Positions 18,750 to 29,422 of a stretch of DNA of 64,000 nt are shown one piece after another (position 1 is the stretch's first letter; each line of letters starts with the position of its first letter). Location: NCBI GenBank assembly GCA_044229845.1, contig JBGASG010000006.1, forward strand, positions 192,001-256,000. The letters are read 5' to 3'. The stretch comes from Candidatus Obscuribacteraceae bacterium. GTDB taxonomy: Bacteria > Cyanobacteriota > Vampirovibrionia > Obscuribacterales > Obscuribacteraceae. Position numbers and translations under genes: made by a program. The notes under the pieces were generated by a model. It did not search any database and was not told the DNA's origin. It worked only from the letters and a program-made list of their open reading frames with translations.

Positions 18750-18787
18750 AACAGTTGAACGTGGTAACGTTACCACGTTCAACTGTT
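18750..18787. other. 38-bp perfect palindrome (candidate operator/cruciform)
   Basis: AACAGTTGAACGTGGTAAC|GTTACCACGTTCAACTGTT with no spacer, overlapping TGGTATAAC extended -10. Confidence 0.9.
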
Positions 18788-18809
18788 GGCGGTCAATCGG
18801 GTCGCTGAA

Positions 18810-19508
18810 ATGTCTCCTAAAAAGTCCACAAAAGCTGCAGTGACCTGGTTTGAGGCACTTAACGAGCAATCGTTATGGACATCGGCCGCCATGCGCAACA
18901 ACTGGTTGTCCGAAGTGACGGGACGGTCGATTGCTCCAAGCCAGGCTGCGCTGGCTAAGTTCGACGATACACTGCGGCAGATCCGGCTGCATGCGGGCGC
19001 CATGCACTTTGGAAATGCCGACAACGTGGATTGGTTGAACCATGATTTGGGCAAGTGCCAGGCGGGACTGTATAAGACGACCGGCGAATCGCGCTTGCCC
19101 AGCTTCCGGGTGGAAGCGCACAGCAGTAATGATGATGAGATACTGGAGTCCCTGAGACTGACTCTGATCATGCAGTTCGCGGCATTCGTCGGTGATGTGA
19201 TGCAGAACGGTGACCAGCCGTCACGCATCGAGCGGTGCGAAGGGCTTTATCGCGACGACGACCTGCCGGCTGTAGCGAGATTTCCCAAAGACGTGGAAAC
19301 TAAATGGCGTCGTGAAATCGAGGCGCTCGATGGCAGCGCCGAGTCCGCGGACGATGTTCTGCGGTGTGGAGATTTCTTTTTGAAGTCGCCAAAGGCACGT
19401 TTCTGTTCTGACAAGTGCAGATTCACAACGTTCCAGATAGTAAAGCAATTGCAGGAACCGGATTACCTGGCAAATAAACAGAAGCGGTATCGCGAACGCA
19501 ACAAGTGA
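18810..19508 (+). CDS. CGNR-zinc-finger-like protein
   Basis: C-terminal RC...RCGDFF...ARFCSDKCR followed by a basic tail. Confidence 0.65.
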   Translation: MSPKKSTKAAVTWFEALNEQSLWTSAAMRNNWLSEVTGRSIAPSQAALAKFDDTLRQIRLHAGAMHFGNADNVDWLNHDLGKCQAGLYKTTGESRLPSFRVEAHSSNDDEILESLRLTLIMQFAAFVGDVMQNGDQPSRIERCEGLYRDDDLPAVARFPKDVETKWRREIEALDGSAESADDVLRCGDFFLKSPKARFCSDKCRFTTFQIVKQLQEPDYLANKQKRYRERNK

Positions 19509-19978
19509 ATAGTGGAACCGTGAAAGTATTTATCGACGCCGACGCTTGTCCCAACCAGATCAAAGATCTGATCGTTCGCGCAGTGCACCGCCTGCAAGTT
19601 GAGACTTTCTTTGTTGCGAACAAACAAATCTTGCTGCCGGAATCACCGTTTCTCTCCTCCGTGCAGGTCTCGCTTGGACCGGACGTCGCCGACGCCTATA
19701 TAGAGACCCACGCCCGGAGCGGAGATCTTGTCGTCACGCAGGATGTTCCTCTGGCGGGACTGTTGGTGCCACGTGGTATCACGGTGATCAGCCCGCGTGG
19801 ACATCTCTGGACGGAAGAGAACATCAACGAGGCTAAAGCAACTCGCGATCTTATGGAGACGCTGCGTGACTCAGGCACCGTATCTGGTGGTCCGCGACCG
19901 TTCGACGAGCGCCTGAAACGTGAGTTCGCCCGACACTTCGATGCAGCCCTTCAGCGGCTGCACAAACCAAAGGAATAG
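19505..19978 (+). CDS. YaiI/YqxD family protein
   Basis: VFIDADACP, DVADAYI, VVTQDVPLA, PRG. Confidence 0.9.
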   Translation: MNSGTVKVFIDADACPNQIKDLIVRAVHRLQVETFFVANKQILLPESPFLSSVQVSLGPDVADAYIETHARSGDLVVTQDVPLAGLLVPRGITVISPRGHLWTEENINEAKATRDLMETLRDSGTVSGGPRPFDERLKREFARHFDAALQRLHKPKE

Positions 19979-20012
19979 TGGTCGCAGCCTGAGTTGGGCG
20001 CACTGCACTGTA

Positions 20013-22499
20013 CTAAGAGCTGGATTTGCCTTCGCTCGGGGCGGGCGCTGCCTCGGTTTCGATGACGATTTCGTCGTCCTTCGCCAGCACTTTCACCGAG
20101 CCGCCGTGTTCCAATTTGCCGAAGAGAATTTCTTCGGAGAGCGGCTCTTTTAGTTTTTGCTGAACCACTCGGCCCATTGGGCGAGCCCCGAACAAGCGAT
20201 CGAATCCCTGAGTGGCCAGCACCTCGCGAGCTTCCTCTGTCAAGTCTAAAGTGACCTGCTTCTCCTTCAGTTGCGCGCGCAGCTCCTCGACGAACTTATC
20301 GACGACGCGTTTGACATCGTCCCGCGTCAATTGGTTGAAGTGCACTATGCCGTCCAGGCGGTTTCGAAATTCCGGAGTGAATTCGCGCTCGATCGCCGTT
20401 TTCGCCTTGCCGGAAGCCATGGCGCTCTGCGCGAAGTCCTTCCCTTCAACAGCGCGGAAACCAATATCTTCGCTGGCCATTTCGCGCGCCCCGGCGTTGG
20501 TGGTCATGATCAGGATTACCTGGCGAAAGTCGGCTTTCTTGCCGTTGTTGTCGGTGAGACTGGCGTGGTCCATAACCTGCAACAGTATGTTGAACAGATC
20601 CGGGTGCGCCTTTTCAATTTCATCCAGAACCAGCACCGAATGCGGTGACTTGTTGATGGCGTCGGTCAGCAAGCCGCCCTGGTCGAAACCGACGTATCCA
20701 GGCGGCGCGCCGATCAGGCGCGACACGGTGTGTTTCTCCATGTATTCGCTCATGTCGAAACGGAGGAACTGCACTCCCATAACGCGAGCAATCTGTTTGG
20801 CGAGCTCGGTTTTGCCAACTCCGGTCGGTCCGGCGAAAAGGAACGAGCCGACCGGTTTCAATGCATTGCCCAATCCGGATCGCGACAACTTGATGGAACG
20901 CACCACTTGATCGATGGCGTGATCCTGTCCATATATCACCGACTTCAGTTCGCGATCCAGTGCCAGGAGCCGTTCCTTGTCCGAACCAGACACCGACTTC
21001 GCCGGCACCTTGGCGATGCTCGCGACCACCTGTTCGACATCGTTAACAGTAACTTCAGGGCGCGGCTTGTCGTCGGCATTGGAAGCAGCGTCGGCATTGG
21101 AAGCAGCGGCGGCATCAGAAGCAGCGGCGGCATCGGAAGCGCCAGCTGTGCGGTCGGCGCCGGTACCGCGCGCTGCAACTGCGGCGCCACTGCCGGACGG
21201 CGCGGTCGACGCACCAGAAGCGGCGGCTTCGGCGACAGGCGCGTCTTCCGTGCAATGAACCAGACGCACAATGGCACCAGCCTCGTCGAGAATATCAATT
21301 GCCTTGTCGGGCAAGAAACGATCGTTTATGTGCTTGGCGGACAGCTCGGCAGCCGCAGTCAATGCCTCTTCCTGATACGTGACCTTGTGGTGATCCTCGT
21401 ACTGCTTTTTCAATCCTTGCAGGATCTTGATCGTGTCCTCAATTGAAGGTTCGGCAATCTCAATCTTCTGGAAGCGGCGAGCCAGCGCCTTATCTTTTTC
21501 AAAAGACGCCTTGTACTCCGGATAGGTCGTTGATCCTATACAGCGCAGCTCGCCCGCGTGCAGCGCCGGTTTAAGAATATTGGAGGCATCCATGGCGCCG
21601 CCTTCCACAGCACCGGCACGGACAATCGTGTGAATCTCGTCGATCACCAGAATGCATCCCGGCTTTTGCTGCAACGCCTTGATCACATCTTTGAGTCGCT
21701 GCTCGAACTGACCGCGAAACTTGGTTCCCGCGATCAAAGAACCCATATCGAGCTGGTAGATCTCGACGTTACGCAGAGGCGGAGGCACGTTGCCGTTGAA
21801 AATGTTGAGCGCCAGCCCCTCGGCAATGGCCGTCTTCCCGACACCCGGATCTCCGACATAAATAGGATTGTTCTTCCGGCGCCGGCAAAGCACCTGCACG
21901 GTGCGCTTAAGTTCCGCTTCCCGACCAATCAGAGGATCGATTTTGCCCTCTCTGGCACGCTCGATCAGATTGACCGTGTATGCCTCCAGGGGATCCTTTT
22001 GTTGCGGCGCGTCGCCTTCGCTACTATCGCCATCCGGAACCGCCCCATCATCACCGGGACGTCCACCCACCTTGGAAATGCCATGCGAAATGTAATTGAG
22101 CACATCGAGACGGGAGATGCCCTGTTTCTCCAGAAGATACACCGCGTGTGAACGCCGCTCCTGGAACATGGCAGCCAGAACATTGCCACCATCTACGGTG
22201 CTCTGCATCGAAGAGCGTGCTTGCTGAATCGCCCGATCCATGACTCGCTGGAATGCCGCCGTAGCTTCCGGATTTTTCTGCGTTTCCGGTGGCAGCTGCT
22301 CCATGTTTTTTTCGATAAACTCGTCTACTTCCTTTTTTAGCGCACCGACGTTACCGCCGCAATTGCGCACGATGTCGGCGGTCGTCTTTTCATCGAGCAG
22401 ACAGAACAACAGGTGCTCGAGCGTCACATATTCATGGCGCCGGCTGAAGCAGTCGTCGACAGTGTGTTGCAGGGTTTTTTGCAGTTCTGGTGTTAGCAT
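20013..22499 (-). CDS. clpA: ATP-dependent Clp protease ATP-binding subunit ClpA
   Basis: Clp-N ([12 protein letters not shown]), [19 protein letters not shown] loop; downstream of clpS. Confidence 0.95.
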   Translation of the reverse strand: MLTPELQKTLQHTVDDCFSRRHEYVTLEHLLFCLLDEKTTADIVRNCGGNVGALKKEVDEFIEKNMEQLPPETQKNPEATAAFQRVMDRAIQQARSSMQSTVDGGNVLAAMFQERRSHAVYLLEKQGISRLDVLNYISHGISKVGGRPGDDGAVPDGDSSEGDAPQQKDPLEAYTVNLIERAREGKIDPLIGREAELKRTVQVLCRRRKNNPIYVGDPGVGKTAIAEGLALNIFNGNVPPPLRNVEIYQLDMGSLIAGTKFRGQFEQRLKDVIKALQQKPGCILVIDEIHTIVRAGAVEGGAMDASNILKPALHAGELRCIGSTTYPEYKASFEKDKALARRFQKIEIAEPSIEDTIKILQGLKKQYEDHHKVTYQEEALTAAAELSAKHINDRFLPDKAIDILDEAGAIVRLVHCTEDAPVAEAAASGASTAPSGSGAAVAARGTGADRTAGASDAAAASDAAAASNADAASNADDKPRPEVTVNDVEQVVASIAKVPAKSVSGSDKERLLALDRELKSVIYGQDHAIDQVVRSIKLSRSGLGNALKPVGSFLFAGPTGVGKTELAKQIARVMGVQFLRFDMSEYMEKHTVSRLIGAPPGYVGFDQGGLLTDAINKSPHSVLVLDEIEKAHPDLFNILLQVMDHASLTDNNGKKADFRQVILIMTTNAGAREMASEDIGFRAVEGKDFAQSAMASGKAKTAIEREFTPEFRNRLDGIVHFNQLTRDDVKRVVDKFVEELRAQLKEKQVTLDLTEEAREVLATQGFDRLFGARPMGRVVQQKLKEPLSEEILFGKLEHGGSVKVLAKDDEIVIETEAAPAPSEGKSSS
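21072..21143. repeat. 18-bp in-frame tandem repeat, 4 units, inside clpA
   Basis: G(T/G)CGGCAT(T/C)(G/A)GAAGC(A/G)(G/C)C encoding [12 protein letters not shown]. Confidence 0.85.
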
Positions 22500-22512
22500 C
22501 GGAGTTCGCCAA

Positions 22513-22854
22513 TTACTCTTCTTCTATGGTACACAGGAGCGGAAAATCTTGCTCCTGTGCCAGGGCAATCACCTTATTTACTTTTGCCTCTGCAATCTCA
22601 TAGGTAAACACTCCCGCCACGCCCACTCCCGCATAATGGACAGCCAGCATGATGTTCTCCGCCTCCATCATGCCTTTGTTGAAAACGTTAACGAGGATGT
22701 AGACGACGAAATCCATACTGGTAAAGTCGTCGTTGTGCAGCAGAACTTTATACAAGGGCGGCTTTTCGACCTTGGGCCGCGTTTCGGTAGCAAGGCCGGT
22801 TCCACCCTTGCCCTCGCCATCACCATCATCGTCGTCGTCTTCCCACTCGGGCAT
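22513..22854 (-). CDS. clpS: Clp adaptor ClpS
   Basis: PPLYKVLLHNDDFTSMDFV, IMLAVH, FPLLCTIE. Confidence 0.97.
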   Translation of the reverse strand: MPEWEDDDDDGDGEGKGGTGLATETRPKVEKPPLYKVLLHNDDFTSMDFVVYILVNVFNKGMMEAENIMLAVHYAGVGVAGVFTYEIAEAKVNKVIALAQEQDFPLLCTIEEE

Positions 22855-22974
22855 TTTGGTCGGCTCTCTGCGCTGTTCCGGGGCTCCGCTATTGTACAGC
22901 CGGATTTATTCCTCACAAAACCCCTCTTGGCAATTGTCGCAAAACACCCTCTTTTGTCGCAAAGGTGAGACACT

Positions 22975-23006
22975 CCGGAGCTAAAGCGATATCGCTTTAG
23001 ATTCGG
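22975..23006. repeat. Single GCGATATCGC palindromic repeat unit
   Basis: CCGGAGCTAAAGCGATATCGCTTTAGATTCGG between divergent genes. Confidence 0.9.
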
Positions 23007-23068
23007 GGCAATGGCTCAAACCTGGCGGGCGCTTAAAATAGCACTGTAGCCGACGGAGAGTCGCAGTT

Positions 23069-23842
23069 GTGGCAGACCTGGCCAATTGGGTGCTTGATTA
23101 TTTCGGTCGGGCGAGTTTGACCGACGCGGCTTTCTGGCTGTTTATGCAAAACGTTTTGCAGTTTGTCATGTGCCTGGCTGCCGGGCAGGTTCTCGTCGGG
23201 TTGTTTGCTAACCGGCGGGTAATCGAGGCACCTTTGCCGCTTGAGAAACGCGAAGTGCTGCTGGCATTGTCAGTTGTGTTTTTGAACACGATGGTGGCGG
23301 TGGCCGGGTGGTACTTGTGGCGCCTTGGAATTATCAAGATTAACCGCGATCTGGGCTTGTGGACATTGATAGATGTGGTATTGCTCCTGGTGGCGATGGA
23401 CTTTCTCATGTATGTTACGCACCGTATGTGCCACCATCCCAGGTTGTTTCCCATCGTGCACCAGACTCACCACATTTATGACAAGCCTCGCCCACTGTCG
23501 CTGTTCGTTCTGAATCCAGTGGAGGTCTTCGGATTTGGCTCGCTCTGGCTGCTCGTGCTCGCCGCCCATTCGTGGTCGTGGATGGCGATTTGCATTTACC
23601 TTATGCTCAATGCCACATTCGGAACCCTGGGGCATCTGGGTGTCGAGCCGTTCCCCGATATCTGGACGAGGCTACCTGTAATCGGGCGGCTGACCACCAG
23701 CACCTTCCACGGGCAGCACCATCAGGACAAGGATTTCAATTTCGGATTCTACACCGACATTTGGGACCGGATGTTTCGCACTCTGCACAAAGCCTACGGA
23801 CAGGTATGCGCGCCGGTATCTGAGCCATCGCGAGATCAGTAG
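23069..23842 (+). CDS. Sterol desaturase/fatty acid hydroxylase family
   Basis: His boxes HRMCHH, HQTHH, HGQHH; NFGFYTDIWDRMF; TM segments. Confidence 0.9.
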   Translation: MADLANWVLDYFGRASLTDAAFWLFMQNVLQFVMCLAAGQVLVGLFANRRVIEAPLPLEKREVLLALSVVFLNTMVAVAGWYLWRLGIIKINRDLGLWTLIDVVLLLVAMDFLMYVTHRMCHHPRLFPIVHQTHHIYDKPRPLSLFVLNPVEVFGFGSLWLLVLAAHSWSWMAICIYLMLNATFGTLGHLGVEPFPDIWTRLPVIGRLTTSTFHGQHHQDKDFNFGFYTDIWDRMFRTLHKAYGQVCAPVSEPSRDQ

Positions 23843-23905
23843 GCGGCTGCAAATGTCGTAGACAGCGGATTTGGCAGTGCGGCTTAGGCAGTGTGATACG
23901 TGGCG

Positions 23906-25147
23906 TTACTGCGTGCGCACAAGTCCAATTGGCAGCGGCTTGAAGCCTGGAAATACTTCCGAGACATTCGGGGTTCCCATCAGACTGATCAGGATCTCCG
24001 AGAGCACATTGCGGTAGTCGAGGTTAATTGACAATCCGCCGGGTCCGAGCAGGAACGCATCGCGTTCGTCGAGTCCCGGATACTTTCCGTGAATGGTACC
24101 GCCGGCGATGCGATTCCCAAGCGCCAGCACCGCGAAACCCCGTCCGTGATCGGTGCCCAGCGAGCCGTTTTCATAGATGCGCCGGCCAAACTCAGTCATC
24201 ACCAGAACAGTGACCCGATCGCGGAAGTGAACAATGTCCCGGTCGAACGCGGCCAGCCCCCGCGCCAATATGTCGATGGACGCCGCCTGCAATCCTTCGC
24301 CGGCGCCCTGAATGAAATGGGTGTCCCAACCGTCCAGATCGACGCACGCAACCTCGACACCGACGTTTCCCTTGATCAGACGCGCAATCTCGCGCAGCCC
24401 TGTGCCGAAATCGTGTTCCGGATAGGTGATGCCCGACTCCGGCTTGTACTCATGTTCGCGAATCGCCTGCACTCTCGTCAAAAGTTTCAATGTCGCCGCA
24501 CCGGATGAGCTGAGCAGCCCGACCTCGGCTCCATACATTTTGGAGAGCGCATCGCAAAGCGGGGCAGCAAGCGGGGCGGCGACATCGAGCTTCACCTCGT
24601 CGACGGAAGCAAGAGCGGTCGCCACAGGCGCGCCGCGCAAAGATTCCGGAATGCTTGCCCCGATTGCCACCGCTCGCAGTGGCGTTGACGTGCCGGCGCC
24701 GGCGGCGATCTCACCGGTCGCCCGCGCGGCTAAGAACCGTCCCAGCCAGCCGCCGCCGATGGTCTTCTTGTAGGCTTCGCCGTGCTCCATTTGATCCTGC
24801 GTATCGAAATGCGATCCGCTTGGGTTGTCGGTTCCGACAGCCTGCACGATACCGAGGCGATGATCGCGAAACGCGTCCAGCAGAGGTTTCATCTTGGGAT
24901 GAAACCCGTAAAAATCATTCAGCCGCAAGGCCGAGGCGCCGGTGACGGACGCCACTCCGGGTCTGGGGATGGCGATCGTGGGGCGCGCCTTGTAGTAGTC
25001 ATCGTCGGCGTGAGGCACAACGATGTTCAACATATCGGCGCCCCCGCGCAAAAACACGCAAACGAGCGTATGGCGGCTGCGGGCATCCGCCTGGGAATTG
25101 TCGGCTACAAGAAGTTTCTTCAAAAATGTGCGGCGAGAAACTGGCAT
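23906..25147 (-). CDS. DUF1501 family protein
   Basis: FLRGGAD, SHFDTQD, GWDTH, TEFGRR, GTDHG; Tat-like SRRTFLK. Confidence 0.9.
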   Translation of the reverse strand: MPVSRRTFLKKLLVADNSQADARSRHTLVCVFLRGGADMLNIVVPHADDDYYKARPTIAIPRPGVASVTGASALRLNDFYGFHPKMKPLLDAFRDHRLGIVQAVGTDNPSGSHFDTQDQMEHGEAYKKTIGGGWLGRFLAARATGEIAAGAGTSTPLRAVAIGASIPESLRGAPVATALASVDEVKLDVAAPLAAPLCDALSKMYGAEVGLLSSSGAATLKLLTRVQAIREHEYKPESGITYPEHDFGTGLREIARLIKGNVGVEVACVDLDGWDTHFIQGAGEGLQAASIDILARGLAAFDRDIVHFRDRVTVLVMTEFGRRIYENGSLGTDHGRGFAVLALGNRIAGGTIHGKYPGLDERDAFLLGPGGLSINLDYRNVLSEILISLMGTPNVSEVFPGFKPLPIGLVRTQ

Positions 25148-25170
25148 GGCGGGCGGCAATCAACCTCGAG

Positions 25171-26670
25171 TCAATACTTCTGAAACGCCGGGCAAGCCAG
25201 CATCAGTCCGAGCACCGGCAGCTGCACCAGTTCGGATGAAGGCGGCAGTTGAGCCGAGACAAACTGCCCGACGACCTCACCTTCCTCCGGTGTGGGCAGG
25301 CGACCGAGCAGGTGAGCCAAGAGCGGCGTCACCGAGTTGCCGGTAATGGACAGGGCTTGCGCCAGACGATTGCCGTCGATATGTACGTTGGGCACCTGAT
25401 TGGCAGCCAGCGTCATGGCGAAATTCCATCGCCACAAAAGCGTCCCCACCCAATGTGCGGGACTCTCAGGATAGCCGTCCGGCGTCGGGAATTGAAACAG
25501 CGGCTGTCCCATCCGCGACAGGTACTCGACCAGTTCCGGGCGGGCATGCGTGTCGGCTCCGGTCGCCCGCAAACAGCTGACGATGTAATGAAACGGACGC
25601 TTGATCTTAGTGCCTCGCTGCTTCGCGAAATCTTCGCTTCTCAGAATCTGGCGCAGCAGCGATTTGATGTCGCCACCACTGGCGGTGAAGGATGCTGCCA
25701 CCTGATTGACCAGAGCCGCGGGCGGATCATCGGCTACGAACTTTCGCACCAGCTTGGTGGCGATGTGCCGGGCTGTTGCCGGATGACTGCAGCAAATGTC
25801 GACCAACCGGTCCAGATCCGCCGCGCCCCCACCGGCGGCAATTGTCTGACCGAGCACATGTTTCTCGCCGTCGTCGTGGAACGCCGGTTCGAAAAATGCC
25901 GTGCCTTTGTGCATACGATCGTGAATGCGCCAGCCCGTCAAACAACGCGCCGCCTCGAAGACATCTTTTTGCGTATAGCCACCATCGACGCCCAGCGTGT
26001 GCAACTCCAGAAGTTCGCGCCCGTAGTTTTCATTCGGAATGTCTTTGGGTGCGGATTTCTTGTTTTCCTTCCCGTCCAGGTAGACCAGCATGGCGGGCGA
26101 CGTTGCAGAAGCTCGGATCAGGTCGCGAAACTTGCCGAAGGCATGCGCCCGCACCACTTGCTTGTCATCGGTCGGTTTCAAATAAACGCAATCACCTTTG
26201 TCGATGTTGATATTCAGGTGATCCGTCCAGAACGACACCATCACTTCAAACAATTGTTTCTTGCTGTAGGCGGCTCGCAAAAGCGTGTGGCGCACGATGT
26301 CTTTGCGCAGCGCCTCGCGACGAAACTCGTAACACATGCCCGGGTCCATAGCCAGCGTTTCGAAACGGCGAGCCCGCATCTCGCAAAGCGCATCATCGAT
26401 TTTTTCCGGGGCGAGTTGTTGTTCGATGTATGCAGCACCGCCCATGGAGGCAATGCGTTCCAGATCACCGGGCCAGACGCCGAAACTGGTGCGCTGCAAA
26501 ATGTGGAAGAGCGGATCGATATCATCACTGGTGGCGGCCGTTACATGATCGGGAATCGCCTGCCCCAGATCCTGCGTGACGCGGCTGAGAATGCCCTCGC
26601 AAGATGTGAGCGGCACACTGCCGGCCAAAGCGGCTCCGGCCAGCAAAAATTTGCGTCGACTCGACTTCAT
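25171..26670 (-). CDS. DUF1800 family protein
   Basis: FWTDH, AMLVYLD, PNENYGRELLELHTLG; Tat-like SRRKFL; paired with DUF1501. Confidence 0.9.
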   Translation of the reverse strand: MKSSRRKFLLAGAALAGSVPLTSCEGILSRVTQDLGQAIPDHVTAATSDDIDPLFHILQRTSFGVWPGDLERIASMGGAAYIEQQLAPEKIDDALCEMRARRFETLAMDPGMCYEFRREALRKDIVRHTLLRAAYSKKQLFEVMVSFWTDHLNINIDKGDCVYLKPTDDKQVVRAHAFGKFRDLIRASATSPAMLVYLDGKENKKSAPKDIPNENYGRELLELHTLGVDGGYTQKDVFEAARCLTGWRIHDRMHKGTAFFEPAFHDDGEKHVLGQTIAAGGGAADLDRLVDICCSHPATARHIATKLVRKFVADDPPAALVNQVAASFTASGGDIKSLLRQILRSEDFAKQRGTKIKRPFHYIVSCLRATGADTHARPELVEYLSRMGQPLFQFPTPDGYPESPAHWVGTLLWRWNFAMTLAANQVPNVHIDGNRLAQALSITGNSVTPLLAHLLGRLPTPEEGEVVGQFVSAQLPPSSELVQLPVLGLMLACPAFQKY

Positions 26671-26680
26671 GGCGGCAGCC

Positions 26681-27289
26681 TCAAACCGGCGTCGCCGCTT
26701 CATCTTCCGCAGACATCGCCATCGGCTCTGCGGTCAAGCCTAACTCGCCCGCGCCGGCAGTTTCATCGCCAACCGCAATGGGCGGCAGAGGCGGTGGTGC
26801 CTTGGGCACTCTTTTTCGCGTCAGCAAAACGCGCGTCAAAGTGCCGAAGCCGACTATCAAAGAAACCGGCAGCAGGAGAAACCAGCCCAGAATCGGAAAC
26901 AGAAACGACAGAACCAGCACCACGCCGCCGCGCAAAGTGCGCTTCCAGGGGCGGGTTTCATCAGCAGGTGAAGGCAGCCGACCGCCCAGCATTGTCGCGA
27001 TGCCAGCCACACCGACACTGGCATACAGGAAAAAGAAACTCAATTCGAAAAGCGGAGACAGCTGACCGACCGGTCCGGGCAACTTGCCGGAGATGCCCAT
27101 GGCGAAAATCAGCATGACCAGAAACGGCAATCCGACAAAAAACGACTTCAGCATGCCGTGGCGGTTGCGGTCGGCGCAGGCGGTGACGGCATCGGTCCAC
27201 ATGCCCCGGCAAAACAGCCAGAGTGCCGGAAAGGCAATCAGAAGCCCGACGATAACCAGGAAGATTCCCACCGTATCCGCTAGCATCAT
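26681..27289 (-). CDS. Hypothetical multi-TM membrane protein
   Basis: Several hydrophobic segments; co-oriented with DUF1800. Confidence 0.7.
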   Translation of the reverse strand: MMLADTVGIFLVIVGLLIAFPALWLFCRGMWTDAVTACADRNRHGMLKSFFVGLPFLVMLIFAMGISGKLPGPVGQLSPLFELSFFFLYASVGVAGIATMLGGRLPSPADETRPWKRTLRGGVVLVLSFLFPILGWFLLLPVSLIVGFGTLTRVLLTRKRVPKAPPPLPPIAVGDETAGAGELGLTAEPMAMSAEDEAATPV

Positions 27290-27378
27290 GGCTGTTGCCC
27301 CCTAAACCGCGCAAACCGCGCTCGCCTAACCCCAAGGCAGTCTCTGAAACTAATTTACCCGGCCGGCGCCCGAAAGTT

Positions 27379-28341
27379 CTATTTGCCCGATTTGCCCAAG
27401 CTGCCCGAATTGATCGCCAGACGGATCGATGAAAGGGGAGCCCGGTCGTCGAAATAAACACGATCACCGACCTGCCGCACACCCAGCTGCTTCCAATATG
27501 ATTCCAGACTGACCCGCAGGGGTTGGCTGCGCATCTGGTCGTACAGGGGTTCGAGCACTCTCACGCCGACAGCCTGATCGCCGACGCGCAGAGCCTTGCG
27601 CGCCGACCACTCGGATTCGAAATTGCCGCCGGCGGCTGGAATCGCCGCCATCGCATCCTGCAGACCGCGCTGGTTATTGGTGCGCTTGCGAATCTCGCAG
27701 TCAGCGACCAGACAGAAAATAGCGCCGCCCCAGTAGATGCGGTCGATGCTGCGCGCCTCGCTCAGTCCGCTGTCATTGTCGGCCAGCCCGTCAGGCATAC
27801 TTTCCAGAAGATCGCCCCAGACTTTACTTGCCTGCAGGTCATTGACCTGCATCCGGGCGATCGGCTCTATATAGGTAGCCATGCCTTCTTTGAGCCAGCG
27901 GTCGTCGCCGTCAACCATCGGGAAGGCCAGATGCACCATTTCATGCGTCGCTTCCCAGCTGCGCATCAGGCGCTCTTCGGTGATGTTTCGGCCGATGGGA
28001 ATCTCGATGATCGGCCGGCCGTCTTCGAAACCGGCAGTGGAGAACGCCACCGCCCGGCCACTGGTGGAAGACAGCCTGACCAGAAGGCGCGGCACTGGAA
28101 ACTTTCCATAATATCGGCTCACCGACCGGGCGGCGGTGGAAATCCAGCGGGTGTAGGTTTCGCGCGGCAGCGGATAATCGCCGCGCATGAACTGCACATC
28201 GATGACTGAACCGCCGATGTTGAGCCGCACCATATCCGGTGCGCTGCTGCGCTGTCCGGGTACCCACCACTGGGCCATCAGCTCGGGCGGCGCCCACAAA
28301 AACGTAATCAGCAAGGTCAGAAAAACCAGAGCTCTTCTCAA
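27379..28341 (-). CDS. Secreted gluzincin (M61-like) metallopeptidase
   Basis: HEMVH plus downstream WLKEGMATY; signal peptide. Confidence 0.8.
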   Translation of the reverse strand: MRRALVFLTLLITFLWAPPELMAQWWVPGQRSSAPDMVRLNIGGSVIDVQFMRGDYPLPRETYTRWISTAARSVSRYYGKFPVPRLLVRLSSTSGRAVAFSTAGFEDGRPIIEIPIGRNITEERLMRSWEATHEMVHLAFPMVDGDDRWLKEGMATYIEPIARMQVNDLQASKVWGDLLESMPDGLADNDSGLSEARSIDRIYWGGAIFCLVADCEIRKRTNNQRGLQDAMAAIPAAGGNFESEWSARKALRVGDQAVGVRVLEPLYDQMRSQPLRVSLESYWKQLGVRQVGDRVYFDDRAPLSSIRLAINSGSLGKSGK

Positions 28342-28405
28342 TTGACAAACCCGGCTTTGCAGTAATGAAAAATTGGACCCACTTACTAGACTTTAGCAGC
28401 TTGGG

Positions 28406-29422
28406 TCAAAGGTCGCCATTTGAGAGTCCGGTCCCCGACTGGATGGCGGATCCCGCATTTTCGGGCAACCGGAGCGCGCTGGCCACAAAACTGCGGCGGG
28501 TGATTTGTTTGCTCAACCAGGCATCGACGGCGCTCATGGCGGCGACGTTCGGCTTCGCGGTTTCCAGCAAAATGTGCCCAGCCGCCGGCAGGCACACAAG
28601 ATCGGCATCGTGGCGAGCGAAGCTGATACGCAGCAGTTGCGCACCGGCAGGCTTCAGCATCTTGTCCTGCCCGCCCTGCAAAATCAATACCGGCACATGT
28701 CCCGGCACCTGTGGTGCTACTTTCAAAGTTTGCCTGACCACCTTGCAGGTGGAGAGAATCGCTTTGATACTAAATCTGGTGCGCACGGTTTGGTCGCCCA
28801 GATGCTCGGAAACTATCTCTTCGTCGTTGGAGATGTGCTTACGCAGATACGGCGCGATGTCGAGCTGGTGTTTCTGAGCGACCAGCATGTGCATCACCCC
28901 GGGGACCATATTCAGCGAAATGCAATGATGCAGTTTGACACCGGGCGCAGAGAGAATCAGTCCGTCGATCGAGTCGGGACGCTGCGCGGCCAGCTGCACA
29001 GCCATGGAGGCCCCGAGGCTCTCCCCGAGCACATAAACCGGGGCATCGGGGCTGCGGCGCTTGATCTCGTCGGTAATGCGCTTCAAGTCGGACAGGCTGC
29101 GTTTGTAGTCGACTTCGCTCGACCAGCCTCCGTAGCCGCGCAGATCAGGCGCGATGACGGTTATGCCTTGCGCCCTCAACGTCTCACCGAGGCGGTTGTA
29201 CACGTGCCCGTGCAAGCTCATGCCGTGGATGGCAATCAAGTAAACGTCTTGCCGCCCGTCGCCTGGCGCGGCGTGCCACTCCGATATCGGCAGCGAGAGC
29301 CGTTCGGAGAGCGAGGCGGTACTGTCGGCATCACTGCCGCAAGCGGGACGCACGCAAACCAGGAGCAGAGCCACCGCAGTGGCCAGAACCAAATTCGATA
29401 CCAGTATCAATAGGTGAAGCAC
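28406..29422 (-). CDS. Alpha/beta hydrolase (lysophospholipase-like)
   Basis: IHG, DLRGYG, GESLG, GGQD, AGH. Confidence 0.85.
   Translation of the reverse strand: MLHLLILVSNLVLATAVALLLVCVRPACGSDADSTASLSERLSLPISEWHAAPGDGRQDVYLIAIHGMSLHGHVYNRLGETLRAQGITVIAPDLRGYGGWSSEVDYKRSLSDLKRITDEIKRRSPDAPVYVLGESLGASMAVQLAAQRPDSIDGLILSAPGVKLHHCISLNMVPGVMHMLVAQKHQLDIAPYLRKHISNDEEIVSEHLGDQTVRTRFSIKAILSTCKVVRQTLKVAPQVPGHVPVLILQGGQDKMLKPAGAQLLRISFARHDADLVCLPAAGHILLETAKPNVAAMSAVDAWLSKQITRRSFVASALRLPENAGSAIQSGTGLSNGDL

Noticed and set aside
25249..27117. Long antisense ORFs (e.g. 622 aa here; also 60996-62168, 28505-29413)
   Set aside because: Shadow frames of well-supported opposite-strand genes in GC-rich DNA.
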